Assembly: GCA_964652335.1 (NCBI GenBank)
Contig: CAZZDL010000005.1
Span: 1 to 33,865, forward strand
Origin: Candidatus Micrarchaeota archaeon
GTDB taxonomy: Archaea; B1Sed10-29; WALL01; WAMD01
Direction: 5' to 3'
DNA: 33,865 nt
Part shown: piece by piece, positions 19,101 through 27,425 of the stretch
Layout of the letters: each line of letters opens with the position of its first letter
Numbering within the stretch: position 1 is the stretch's first letter
Position numbers and translations under genes: made by a program
The notes under the pieces: model-generated
Told to the model about the DNA's origin: nothing
The model's database searches: none
What the model saw: only the letters and a program-made list of their open reading frames with translations

Positions 19101-19439
19101 ATTAGCCTATCCGGGAACCTAAGTGAAGTCATTCAATATCCATCTAATGTAACATTATCTGCTGGAGAGAGCAAGAGCGTTGAACTTGTGGTCAAGAAAA
19201 CAAACAAGGAGTACACAGGAGAAATAATAATCCAAGCAGACAAGGAGATAAAGATTCCTATAACAATTGCAAAGAAGAAGATAATACAAATAGGAAAGAT
19301 GGATCTATTGACAGCAATAGGTATAGGAGTTATCATTGTAATAGTTATGGCAATAGTTGCAGCAGCAGGATATCTATACTACAACTATCAGAAGAATAAA
19401 CCGAAGAAAGGGTTAGCAGCCATAAAACACAAGTACTAA
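16179..19439 (+). CDS. Large cell-surface glycoprotein (FG-GAP/PQQ-like propeller, Ig-like repeats, Ser-rich linker, C-terminal TM anchor)
   Basis: Signal peptide then DWPMLG. Four DxDxDG-type loops (GDVDGDG, DFDGDG, DVNEDG, DINEDG). Very many N-x-S/T sequons, poly-Ser/Gly linker, C-terminal TM plus basic tail. Confidence 0.85.
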   Translation: MKRLYSMLTSLLVLTLTLGIVLADWPMLGHWENRTSWTSGSVNLGEVPQIIWKTNVTGNPRGVIVYTFNGNKYIAVTNGVFESGDSETTKATILNSSGDIIWQNDTGSYTWGFPLFWNNYVFFPVQDNGATPSGGILVYNASDESSFWLVKNVSVSISPVIITNSTSGSQYLVALAFNQTNSTNKVIALVYDSSLTELYNMEIDNASWDPFWMEAAVGDVDGDGVDDIAVGYNYTSLLYMNGSSLILGSPNITKLNEFSSISPAMIDFDGDGDKEIIWFNSNGDALLLNFTNSALGIALSTVKIVSNGVYNNLVVINTSSGWEIYAGNLNGDLYKIILDLSGFTSVEQLVCKYGCLSIYGISSADVNEDGDLDFIYSLEGMVAYLNATLDFIGGEQNLDKVDTPPAIEDINEDGKLDLIVGDRSGLLYAFTQAPDVRLLNVTYTVEKNVTASGVEDVLHIWNATVGLSADSVNFTDYYSQCNLTIVLMNGTYAQGGGLCVVTNYTLTNLTNGTNVTVNLNETFNGVKNWTVDVSVDTNGYYLLPVQNSTLTSLQMSSPHLWWHTDETVPGNLAVNQTLYMVTEVADAGTSSNITFFLFNSSGDQIANKTFTNNSDVWIADWSVKFNETGTYTLIILAERADGLPNWEKKTITVTEPLNLNVSIPGDFNITIGDTNLGNLTNLSGLPNITYTLVTNPVTGAEVNITGRFTGNLELNADKYKESDTTLIYGFKLSGFSPQSSGIKMKISYSDIEANVKEADLTVYRCGSYDLSTHKCSDDWVELASFTKNTTEDTITITTSGFSGYKITEKKSSSSSSSSSSSSSSSSGSSGSSGGTTQTCDYDYSITLPESVSIELGNNATIIAKIKNTGNCSDIIEPEISGINESWVTIVPATLSLEPNQVDNVTITIAPKEEGNYTIRLTVNDVWEEFELRVTEKKYANVSAIPKELYVDASKEDKLVTITLKNDGNKEIIVNISLSGNLSEVIQYPSNVTLSAGESKSVELVVKKTNKEYTGEIIIQADKEIKIPITIAKKKIIQIGKMDLLTAIGIGVIIVIVMAIVAAAGYLYYNYQKNKPKKGLAAIKHKY

Positions 19440-19440
19440 A

Positions 19441-20844
19441 TTAGAACAAGGGTTTTCCATCTAGTTTAACCCTCTTTTTCATTATCTTTGCTATAGTCGC
19501 AGTTACGTCTGGTAAGCTTCCGTTGGACAATGACCTGCACACCTTATCATGAGCTATTATGAAAGGAACTGGATTGGTTGTATGCCCAAGGTAGGGCATC
19601 CCATTCTTGAACATCTCCTCAGCGTTCCCATGATCACCAACTACAATAGGAACCATTCCTTCCTTTTGAGCTGCTCTAACTATTCTACCAACACCATCGT
19701 CAACAATCTCTATGGCATTTATCAAGGCTGAGTAATTGCCTGTGTGTGCTATTACATCAGGATTTGCAAATGAGACAACTATAAAATCATACTGTTTTGA
19801 TTTTATTGCTTTCAAGGCTTCCCCTGTTATTTCAGGGGCCCTCATCTCGGGAGTAACTGAATAGTCTAGCGTAGATGGAGATTCAAATATAATTGACTCC
19901 CCAATGTCCATAGTCCCAGTGAAAAAGTAAGTTAGATCTTTGCCTTTTTCCGATTCACCTATTTTCACTATCCTATGTGTTTTTGCTATGGCTTCTATAA
20001 AGCTCCCCTTAGGCTTAGACGGAGACATGAACGTCTTAACCCTCTTGTCAAAATAGGTTGGCATGAACACCTTCACTCCTAGGTCTAACAAAGCACTAAC
20101 TAGCGCCTCCCATTTGCTTGATCTGTATCCTAGTATCACTGCATGATCTCCAGGAGAGATTGAGCCATTTGGGTCAATTACTCTAGGCTTTAAAGTGTAA
20201 TCATTTTCTCCATGATCATACCCTGTCATCAATGCAGATATAAACGATGGATATATCTCCTCTGGAGAAGAAAGCTCCTTAAGATAGAGTAAAACCTGAC
20301 TCGCCACATTCCTATTCAATGCATATCTAGCGCCTACTATGCTAGAGAGATACGATGAAAGAAGATCATCCTTCCATTTATTGAATAAATCGTAAGCTGA
20401 ATTCAGACCAGACTCTCTTCCTTCCAAGATTAGATGGACATAAACGTTCTTTTTTCTCTTTGACCTAACAATCTTAAGGAATTTTGACAACAATTCTATG
20501 TGCGAGTATATGCCATTCTCTGTAAGGACAACAAACACATGAACCTTTTTTCCTGAAAGCGCATCAGTTATTGACTTGTTTGGTTTATCCAACCTCTTTA
20601 GGAACCTGTAGTGATCCCATTTTACCAATTTTCCACTACCAAGGACTTGATAATTGTTTTCACAAAATCCTGGAATGCCTTTCTCTAGCCCTACACCCTG
20701 ACCACTGGCTTCTACAAGAGCGAATGGGTATTTATCTATATATTTGTCCATGTTCTTTGTTCTGGCTTCGTCTATTGCGTTTCCTTCTCCACCCTCTCTA
20801 AATCCCCAACCATCTAGTATTATTAGTGTCACTTTCTCCTTCAA
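19441..20844 (-). CDS. gpmI: GpmI-like (cofactor-independent phosphoglycerate mutase family) protein, divergent active site
   Basis: ILDGWG, ANPDVIAHTG, DHGNAE, HTTNPVP; directly downstream of enolase. Catalytic GNSEVGH reads GFCENNY. Probable TTG start overlaps the eno stop. Confidence 0.75.
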   Translation of the reverse strand: MKEKVTLIILDGWGFREGGEGNAIDEARTKNMDKYIDKYPFALVEASGQGVGLEKGIPGFCENNYQVLGSGKLVKWDHYRFLKRLDKPNKSITDALSGKKVHVFVVLTENGIYSHIELLSKFLKIVRSKRKKNVYVHLILEGRESGLNSAYDLFNKWKDDLLSSYLSSIVGARYALNRNVASQVLLYLKELSSPEEIYPSFISALMTGYDHGENDYTLKPRVIDPNGSISPGDHAVILGYRSSKWEALVSALLDLGVKVFMPTYFDKRVKTFMSPSKPKGSFIEAIAKTHRIVKIGESEKGKDLTYFFTGTMDIGESIIFESPSTLDYSVTPEMRAPEITGEALKAIKSKQYDFIVVSFANPDVIAHTGNYSALINAIEIVDDGVGRIVRAAQKEGMVPIVVGDHGNAEEMFKNGMPYLGHTTNPVPFIIAHDKVCRSLSNGSLPDVTATIAKIMKKRVKLDGKPLF

Positions 20845-22115
20845 ACAAACCACCTCTTGCCAGCGTAGTCCAAACCACTCTCTTCCTCTATTCTAAGAAG
20901 CCTATTGTACTTTGCTGTTCTCTCCCCCCTCGCAGGGGCTCCTGACTTTATTTCCCCACATGATAATGCTACTGCAAGATCAGCTATGAACGTATCCTCT
21001 GTTTCCCCAGATCTATGAGACACCATAACAAACCATTTATTATCAAATGCAACCCTTGCAGCTGAAAATGCTTCTGTTAGTGTGCCTATCTGATTCAGCT
21101 TTAACAGTAATGCGTTGGCTGATTTATGCATTACTCCCTTCTTTATTCTAGCCGGGTTGGTTGTAAATATATCATCCCCTGTTATTTGAACGTCCTTGCC
21201 TATTGAGTCTACTAGCTTGGAAAAACTTTCAAAGTCTTCTTCTTGAAATGGATCCTCTATATTGATTATTGGATAATCATTTACTAACCGTTCATAAAAT
21301 TTTAAGAGCTTTTCTGATTTCATTCTCTTTCCATCTATTACATAATATTTACCATTAAAGAAAGTGCTGGCAGCTGCATCTATTGATAATCTGACTTCAT
21401 TAGAGTAACCTGCTTTCTCTATTGCCTTCACTAGCATGTCTAACGCTTCCTTTGTCTTTTTCATTGGAGGTGCAAATCCACCTTCATCTCCAACATTTAC
21501 GGCCTTCCTACCATACTTATCTATCAGTAGCTCCCTCAATGTATGGTATATCTCACTTCCCACCCTCAGTGCATCCGAAAAGCTTGTCACACCCACGGGA
21601 GCTATCATAAATTCTTGGATAGCGAGCTTATTTCCTGCATGCTCTCCCCCATTTATTATATTGAAGAAAGGTACTGGGATAACCATTTCTGGAGATCCAA
21701 ACAACGAATTAAGATGATTGTATAATTCAACGCCCTTTGTATTGGCAGCTGCCACAGCAACCGCCATGGAGACAGACAGCATCGCGTTCGCTCCTAGCCT
21801 AGATTTGTCTGGGGTGCCATCTAGGGAAATCATCTCAAAGTCTATTCCCTCCTGATCCCTTGAATCCATGTCTATTATCTTCATTGCAATTATCTTGTTT
21901 ACATTGTCCACAGCCTTACTCACTCCAAGGCCGTTCCACTCCTTTCCTCCATCTCTAAGTTCAACCGCCTCGTGCTTTCCTTTAGATTTTCCGCTTGGGA
22001 CAGAAGCTCTACCAAATCCTCCCTTTGTAACTACATCACATTCCACTGTTGGGTTCCCTCTTGAATCTATTATCTGTCTAGCCTTTACATCTAAAATTGC
22101 ATACTTATCAAGCAT
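20841..22115 (-). CDS. eno: Enolase
   Basis: IDSRGNPTVE, LGANAML, NIINGGEHA, QEFMI, GDEGGFAP, IEDPF, LLKLNQIGT, SHRSGETED, IKSGAPARGERTAKYN. Confidence 0.97.
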   Translation of the reverse strand: MLDKYAILDVKARQIIDSRGNPTVECDVVTKGGFGRASVPSGKSKGKHEAVELRDGGKEWNGLGVSKAVDNVNKIIAMKIIDMDSRDQEGIDFEMISLDGTPDKSRLGANAMLSVSMAVAVAAANTKGVELYNHLNSLFGSPEMVIPVPFFNIINGGEHAGNKLAIQEFMIAPVGVTSFSDALRVGSEIYHTLRELLIDKYGRKAVNVGDEGGFAPPMKKTKEALDMLVKAIEKAGYSNEVRLSIDAAASTFFNGKYYVIDGKRMKSEKLLKFYERLVNDYPIINIEDPFQEEDFESFSKLVDSIGKDVQITGDDIFTTNPARIKKGVMHKSANALLLKLNQIGTLTEAFSAARVAFDNKWFVMVSHRSGETEDTFIADLAVALSCGEIKSGAPARGERTAKYNRLLRIEEESGLDYAGKRWFV

Positions 22116-22182
22116 ATCAATCAGAAATCCTAATGTATAAGAGATATTTAAATCCAAGGCCATATCCAAGCAGTAAGGGAAT

Positions 22183-22192
22183 TATTTTTAAA
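22183..22192 (+). promoter_or_regulatory. Probable TATA box for tRNA-Ser
   Basis: TATTTTTAAA preceded by purine-rich AAGGGA, about 27 nt upstream of the tRNA 5' end. Confidence 0.5.
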
Positions 22193-22218
22193 CTACGCAT
22201 TCAAAAATAATAAGCCAA

Positions 22219-22301
22219 GCTGGGGTCGCATAGCCTGGTAGTGCGCCGGCCTGCTAAGCCGGTGGCCTTTGGCCTCGCGGGTTCGAATCCCGCCCCCAGC
22301 G
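22219..22301 (+). tRNA. tRNA-Ser (anticodon GCT), long variable arm, CCA not encoded
   Basis: Acceptor GCTGGGG/CCCCAGC + G, anticodon stem CCGGC/GCCGG with loop CT-GCT-AA, variable arm GGCC-TTT-GGCC, T arm GCGGG-TTCGAAT-CCCGC. Confidence 0.97.
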
Positions 22302-22345
22302 CTAAACCGACACGTCCGTAGAGCCGCATGCTCCGGCTCGCGGGA

Positions 22346-22417
22346 GCGGACTACGTAAAGTAGGCCTCCGCCGGAGCAGGGTTGACGCAAGGTCAATCAC
22401 ACTGGCCTTCGGCCAGT
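22346..22417. repeat. tRNA-linked 72-bp multi-hairpin repeat, copy 2
   Basis: 63/72 identical to 102-173. Hairpins CTAC-GTAAA-GTAG, GGTTGAC-GCAAG-GTCAATC, ACTGGCC-TTC-GGCCAGT. Confidence 0.9.
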
Positions 22418-22911
22418 TATGGTAACATCAACCAAACGACAAAAATCAGCAATGCAAATATTCCTAACTCAGAAATGCTTCCTGTTCTGACTGCCCATCT
22501 AATTCTATGCTTGTCAAATGGAAAAAACCATGCAACGCCAGATGAAGTAAGAGAATCGGCAAACAAGTGCATTAAATAGCCTAGAGAGAAAGCCAACGCT
22601 GGCCAAAGGCTGAAACGGCCAAACACTCTAAGAATCAGCAAAGCCAAAGGGAACGAGAGTATAAATGCAAATATTGTATGCGTAACCCCTCTATGGCCAC
22701 CTAAACTAATGACCCTGCTTGACATCTGCAGGAATCCGTTCAGATGACTGATATAAGACTTTGGATGATCTATATCTGGAATAAGAGAGCCAATGGAAAC
22801 AGCAATTATCAATTCAGCTGAGTTTGGGACTACACCCAGCTTTACCAAAGCTAAATAGGAAACTAATCCAAACAACAAATGAGTAGTCCACATCATACTA
22901 ATTCGCTCCAT
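22417..22911 (-). CDS. YdjM-like membrane metal-dependent hydrolase
   Basis: THLLFG, GSLIPDIDHP, HRGVTHT, GYLMHLFADSLT..GV within several TM segments. Confidence 0.85.
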   Translation of the reverse strand: MERISMMWTTHLLFGLVSYLALVKLGVVPNSAELIIAVSIGSLIPDIDHPKSYISHLNGFLQMSSRVISLGGHRGVTHTIFAFILSFPLALLILRVFGRFSLWPALAFSLGYLMHLFADSLTSSGVAWFFPFDKHRIRWAVRTGSISELGIFALLIFVVWLMLP

Positions 22912-24836
22912 CAATACAATATGAAATCAACTAGGTTATTCATGAATACTTCATCTGTCTCAGGTGGGAAAGCATAGTAAACAACAACTCCCCTGCCAAA
23001 TACATGGCTGCCATACTTTGGATCCCTAACTGTGATAGCTGGCCATAAAGACTCTCCCTTGTATGGTGGCTGTATTTCCAACGAGGCTACAACATGGCTG
23101 TATTCACCATTGCTAGCCACTAGGACAAACGGAACTGGATTCCCATACTTATCTTTCAGTACTGTAGACTTTGTTATCCCCTTCACCAGAGGGTGCTCCT
23201 CATCCTCCACTCTGAAGTAGGCTATAGCACTGGCATTCGTCGGAAGACTGACTTTAGACGCTTGCTCTATTGCGTCTGCTAAATGCGAGCTAGCCTCATG
23301 GCAGAAGGTATCGGAGCGCAATGCCGCTGTGTAATCAGAAAAGTTATCTGCGTTCATTATCAACCAATAGACATTCTCATCTGTCGGTGAATAAGTTAAG
23401 GAAAGTAACCTTTGCAGATCTGTCCTATCAATGCCTGTGGATTTAGAATAAGCATCAACAAAACCTGGTGCTTCCTTGCAATTAGATAGCTGGTTCTTTA
23501 TACTCATGTATGTATCCCTTGCTGTCTCTAAAGATGATTTATATCCCTCCAAATGCTGGATTATGCTATCATATTGCTCTATATGTGTCTGGTCTTCCTC
23601 ATAGCCTTTTATCTGGGAGAGTAAGCTAACCGCGTTATCTAAGAAAGATGTATCCAAATCTTCTGGCTTAATATCCTTCAGATAATCCTTTCCATCTGTT
23701 AAAACATTTATAACACTTGCAATCCTATCCGCCTGAGTTATATTTCCGTTTAACCTCTTCTCACTTTCTATGCTTGATAATGTAGAGATATCAGAAGTCA
23801 GCCCAATCCTAGCATTTGAAACAGATGAATCAAAATTATCTAGCTCTGCCTCTAACTTGGCAGTCAGTACATCTTTATTACATCCTGTTGGAGAGAACGT
23901 CTCAGAACAGTTAACCAAACTAGAATGAGCAAGAGACAACTTATTCTTTATCAAAGTAAAATCATCTGAAAGCTCTTGATAAGTGGAAACAGCATGAGAA
24001 TCAGAGATAAATGTTATTCCCAGAACATCGCTACCAAAGTTCACACCTTCAGATTCTCCACCACCTATTAACTCATATTTTCCTCTATCCCATGGATTAG
24101 TTATCTGCTTAAAATCATCCTCGTTCTCCCATGATATGTAAACATTTGAATACCTGTTATCCGTATTTATACAATGATACCCCTGTTTCGTTTTAACGCT
24201 TTGAAGCTCTCCTGAAAACGCATCTTTACATAGCTGAGAGAGCTTATCCCATGCCAAAGCATAGAGCTCATCGCTCAAACCGACTGCCATATCTGAAGAA
24301 TGTTCTGAAGAAGTCATAGTCACACAAACAGTCTCAGTTCCCTCTGACTCCTTTGTCCCTTCATCTGTCGTATACTTAGCTACATAATCCACATCTCTAC
24401 AGACGCTGTCTCTAGAACCTCCACCTATCCCTGAATCTCCTACCCAAACGAGTCTCCCTGTTCCAGAAATTACATAATCATAGAAATATCTCATTTTCTC
24501 GGTTGGTATGTCTCTTGCATGTTCAACAATGACAACGTCATACTTATCAAGCATACCAGCTGAAAGCTGGTCAACAGTCACCTCTCTGACATTTATCCTT
24601 TTCACGTCTTCCATATACCTAGACAATGCAAGTGGATCTCCCATACCATATCCATCCGGGTCATAAACTAGCATAACCTTTGGAGCACCAAATATCCCAT
24701 AGTATATACTACAATAGCTGGCCCCAAGGGTTGAACATCCTACCAATCCAACTCTAGTCAAAACAAGCAATAGGGCAAATAACAAAACAGCCAAAGCAAT
24801 TATGTGGGGAAGATCCCTACTCAATTCTCCTCTCAT
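22911..24836 (-). CDS. Membrane-anchored GATase-like (DUF4350-like) protein with large helical insertion, paralogue C
   Basis: N-terminal TM, KYDVVIV, YVISGTGRLVWVG, then after a long Cys-containing helical insert EHPLV, WPAI, GVVVYYAFPP. Same motif order as 8447-10184. Confidence 0.55.
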   Translation of the reverse strand: MRGELSRDLPHIIALAVLLFALLLVLTRVGLVGCSTLGASYCSIYYGIFGAPKVMLVYDPDGYGMGDPLALSRYMEDVKRINVREVTVDQLSAGMLDKYDVVIVEHARDIPTEKMRYFYDYVISGTGRLVWVGDSGIGGGSRDSVCRDVDYVAKYTTDEGTKESEGTETVCVTMTSSEHSSDMAVGLSDELYALAWDKLSQLCKDAFSGELQSVKTKQGYHCINTDNRYSNVYISWENEDDFKQITNPWDRGKYELIGGGESEGVNFGSDVLGITFISDSHAVSTYQELSDDFTLIKNKLSLAHSSLVNCSETFSPTGCNKDVLTAKLEAELDNFDSSVSNARIGLTSDISTLSSIESEKRLNGNITQADRIASVINVLTDGKDYLKDIKPEDLDTSFLDNAVSLLSQIKGYEEDQTHIEQYDSIIQHLEGYKSSLETARDTYMSIKNQLSNCKEAPGFVDAYSKSTGIDRTDLQRLLSLTYSPTDENVYWLIMNADNFSDYTAALRSDTFCHEASSHLADAIEQASKVSLPTNASAIAYFRVEDEEHPLVKGITKSTVLKDKYGNPVPFVLVASNGEYSHVVASLEIQPPYKGESLWPAITVRDPKYGSHVFGRGVVVYYAFPPETDEVFMNNLVDFILY

Positions 24837-24934
24837 ATCAATCAAATAAACTAATGGAAAATGTATTTTTTAATCTTTGCATGATATTAACTATAAATCC
24901 ATAAAAGGCGGAACGAACGCAAACAGCAGAGAAG

Positions 24935-24943
24935 CTTTTTATT
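24935..24943 (+). promoter_or_regulatory. Probable TATA box for fen (leaderless transcript)
   Basis: GAGAAG-CTTTTTATT about 23 nt before ATG 24966; no RBS seen. Confidence 0.45.
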
Positions 24944-24965
24944 TTGATTCTTCTTTTACTCTAAC

Positions 24966-25991
24966 ATGGGCGTAGCCTTAGGAGATCTAATAGAAGGAAA
25001 GACAATCGAACTAGAGTATCTATCTGGAAGGAAGATTGCCGTAGATGCATATAACATGCTCTATCAATTCTTGAGCATAATTAGACAGAGGGATGGAACT
25101 CCATTAATGAATTCAAGAGGTGAAATAACAAGTCACCTGTCTGGATTATTTTACAGGACTGCTAGATTCCTGGAAACAGGAATTAAACCAGTGTATGTAT
25201 TCGACGGACTGCCACCAGAAGAAAAGGAAAAAACAATATCAGAAAGAGAAAAGAAAAAGATAGAAGCTCAAAAAAAGTATGAAGAGGCACTGAAAAAAGG
25301 GAACCTAGAGGAAGCAAGAATATACGCTCAGCAGACGTCCAAGCTAACCAGAGAAATGGTTGATCAGGCTAAGCGGCTTTTGGATCTATTGGGGGTTCCT
25401 TGGGTTCAAGCACCTAGTGAGGGGGAAGCTCAGGCAGCCTACATGGTAAAAAAAGAAGACGTATGGGCATCTGCTTCCCAAGACTATGACTCTTTACTGT
25501 TCGGCTCTCCTAGGCTAGTCAGGAACCTTGGCATAACTGGAAGAAGAAAGCTACCAAGGAAAAATGTCTACATAGAAATAAAACCGGAGATTATAACATT
25601 AGAAGATGCCTTGAAAAAACTAGGAATAAACCAAGAGCAGCTAATAGAGATTGGTTTAATGGTGGGGACTGATTTCAATGCTGGCGTAAAGGGAATTGGT
25701 CCAAAGAAGGCGTTGAAGCTGGTGAAAGAGGGAAAGACAGCAAAGGACGTCTACAAGGAGCACGGGCTAGATATTAAGGAGTTAGAGTTTGCAGAAAGGA
25801 TATTCAAAAACCCAAAGATAACAGACAAATATGAGCTCAAATGGAAAGAGCCAGATAAGAATGGATTAATAGAATTCCTGTGCAAGGAACATGACTTCTC
25901 AGAGGAAAGGATACGCACGACTCTTGAGAAGCTAGCTAGGGAATACGACGTACATGGGAGCCAGGCAAAGCTTGACAAATGGTTTGGATAA
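24966..25991 (+). CDS. fen: Flap endonuclease 1
   Basis: MGV start, AVDAYNMLYQFL, YVFDG, APSEGEAQAA, SQDYDSLLFG, GTDFN..GIGPKKA, C-terminal PIP box QAKLDKWF. Confidence 0.97.
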   Translation: MGVALGDLIEGKTIELEYLSGRKIAVDAYNMLYQFLSIIRQRDGTPLMNSRGEITSHLSGLFYRTARFLETGIKPVYVFDGLPPEEKEKTISEREKKKIEAQKKYEEALKKGNLEEARIYAQQTSKLTREMVDQAKRLLDLLGVPWVQAPSEGEAQAAYMVKKEDVWASASQDYDSLLFGSPRLVRNLGITGRRKLPRKNVYIEIKPEIITLEDALKKLGINQEQLIEIGLMVGTDFNAGVKGIGPKKALKLVKEGKTAKDVYKEHGLDIKELEFAERIFKNPKITDKYELKWKEPDKNGLIEFLCKEHDFSEERIRTTLEKLAREYDVHGSQAKLDKWFG

Positions 25992-26002
25992 CAGGTGATT
26001 GA

Positions 26003-26554
26003 ATGGAAGCATATCAATACATGATAAAAATAAAAAATGCATTCCAAAACTTGGATACCATAAAACTGAGAGAAATAGCCAACCAAGCAATGGAAGAAGC
26101 TGTCTTGAGGAATGATAAACTTCTTGCAAGCGTTGCCATATTCTCATACTCTCTCTCAAAAATACTAACAAAGGTACACTTTAGAAAGAGAGAAGACTGG
26201 GGAAAGTTCAAGAAGGTCATGTCCAGGGAGCTTTCAATGCTTGTGGGATTAACAAAAACAAGGAAAGATATCTATAGAATAATTGAAAACAAGCTGATAA
26301 AACTGGTGGAGGAAATAGACAAAGAAGCTGGGAATTACACAAGGAACCTTGTATACAAAGCTAGAGTGAAGATGGCCTCTACGGCGTACGCTCTGGGAGT
26401 GAGTATAGGAACAGCTGTTGAGCTTACAGGAGCAGACAAATTTGAACTACTTAGATACATTGGGGTTACAAAGATACATGATAGGCCTTACACTAGGACA
26501 ATGAGTGCATTAGAAAGATACAAAATTGCAAGGAGGGTTTTGCGTGCAAGGTGA
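26003..26554 (+). CDS. Helical protein with C-terminal UPF0175-like HTH (candidate antitoxin/partner of the PIN protein)
   Basis: GVSIGTAVELTGADKFELLRYI resembles the UPF0175 pattern (ISLGKAAELAG..EF). GGTGA RBS; overlaps the downstream PIN gene. Confidence 0.5.
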   Translation: MEAYQYMIKIKNAFQNLDTIKLREIANQAMEEAVLRNDKLLASVAIFSYSLSKILTKVHFRKREDWGKFKKVMSRELSMLVGLTKTRKDIYRIIENKLIKLVEEIDKEAGNYTRNLVYKARVKMASTAYALGVSIGTAVELTGADKFELLRYIGVTKIHDRPYTRTMSALERYKIARRVLRAR

Positions 26555-27209
26555 GCCAATAGTATCAGATACTGGGCCGCTGATTTCCCTGGCTGAAAAC
26601 TGCTTATTATGGATACTTGACCTCATAGAAAACGATGTAATAATCCCAAAGGGAGTAGAATATGAAGCAATAACACATCCCCTAGGTATATACAAATACG
26701 AGCTTAATGCGTTAAGAATAAAAGAGGCGGTTACGACAGGGAGCATAATAGTTGACGAAACACCCCTGAAAAAGGAGGCGAGAGAAATACTGAGCCTGGC
26801 AAACAGGCTAATACTTCATAAAAAAAGGCCCTTAACTATTATACAAGAAGGGGAGGCAGAGGTTATAGGTCTAGCACTAAAGAAAGGATACAAAACCCTT
26901 GCAATAGATGAAAGAACTGCAAGGCTTTTAGTGGAAGATGTCTGGCAGATAGAGAATTATATGGAAAGCAGACTAGGAACTGAGCTAGAGACAAATGACA
27001 AAATCGCAGAAATAATTGAGGAAAAGCTTCACGGCTTAAACGTAATACGGTCCAGCGAGATAATCGCATTCGCATTTGAAAATGGATTGATCTCTCATTT
27101 AGCTGATAAAAAGACAATGCTAGAAGCTCTGTTATACGGAGTTAAATCAACAGGGTGTGCAATAACAAATGATGAGATAAAGGAATACCTAAATGCATTG
27201 GGAAAATAG
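26544..27209 (+). CDS. PIN-domain ribonuclease (DUF3368/VapC-like)
   Basis: IVSDTGPLISL, IIPKGVEYE, GEAEVIGLA, LAIDERTAR give the PIN acidic quartet. GGAGGG RBS before GTG 26544. Confidence 0.8.
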   Translation: MQGEPIVSDTGPLISLAENCLLWILDLIENDVIIPKGVEYEAITHPLGIYKYELNALRIKEAVTTGSIIVDETPLKKEAREILSLANRLILHKKRPLTIIQEGEAEVIGLALKKGYKTLAIDERTARLLVEDVWQIENYMESRLGTELETNDKIAEIIEEKLHGLNVIRSSEIIAFAFENGLISHLADKKTMLEALLYGVKSTGCAITNDEIKEYLNALGK

Positions 27210-27425
27210 CAGTCCAAGAGAGATCAGAATGACAGACACTAGTATTGCCACATAATGATTTCTTCTAAGGACTGGAATGTAACTTCTTTCTAGCCATACT
27301 ATAAACCCAAGGAATATCAAGTTAGCTCCAAGGAATATGCCTAGGTATCCAAGCCCCTGAGCAATCAATGCTAGAAGGAATACTACAATGTAATATCCAA
27401 CAAGGGATGCCTCATCTGTTACCAT
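27189..27425 (-). CDS. Small hydrophobic membrane protein
   Basis: 78-aa ATG ORF with 2-3 TM segments filling an otherwise empty gap. Confidence 0.55.
   Translation of the reverse strand: MVTDEASLVGYYIVVFLLALIAQGLGYLGIFLGANLIFLGFIVWLERSYIPVLRRNHYVAILVSVILISLGLLFSQCI

Noticed and set aside
102..22417. CRISPR array or terminal repeats of a 22-kb mobile element
   Set aside because: Only two copies, no spacer periodicity, no cas genes; the interval is mostly core housekeeping genes.
22193..22579. ORFs 22193-22396 (-) and 22382-22579 (+)
   Set aside because: They overlap tRNA-Ser, the repeat and the YdjM gene; artefacts of GC-rich non-coding sequence.
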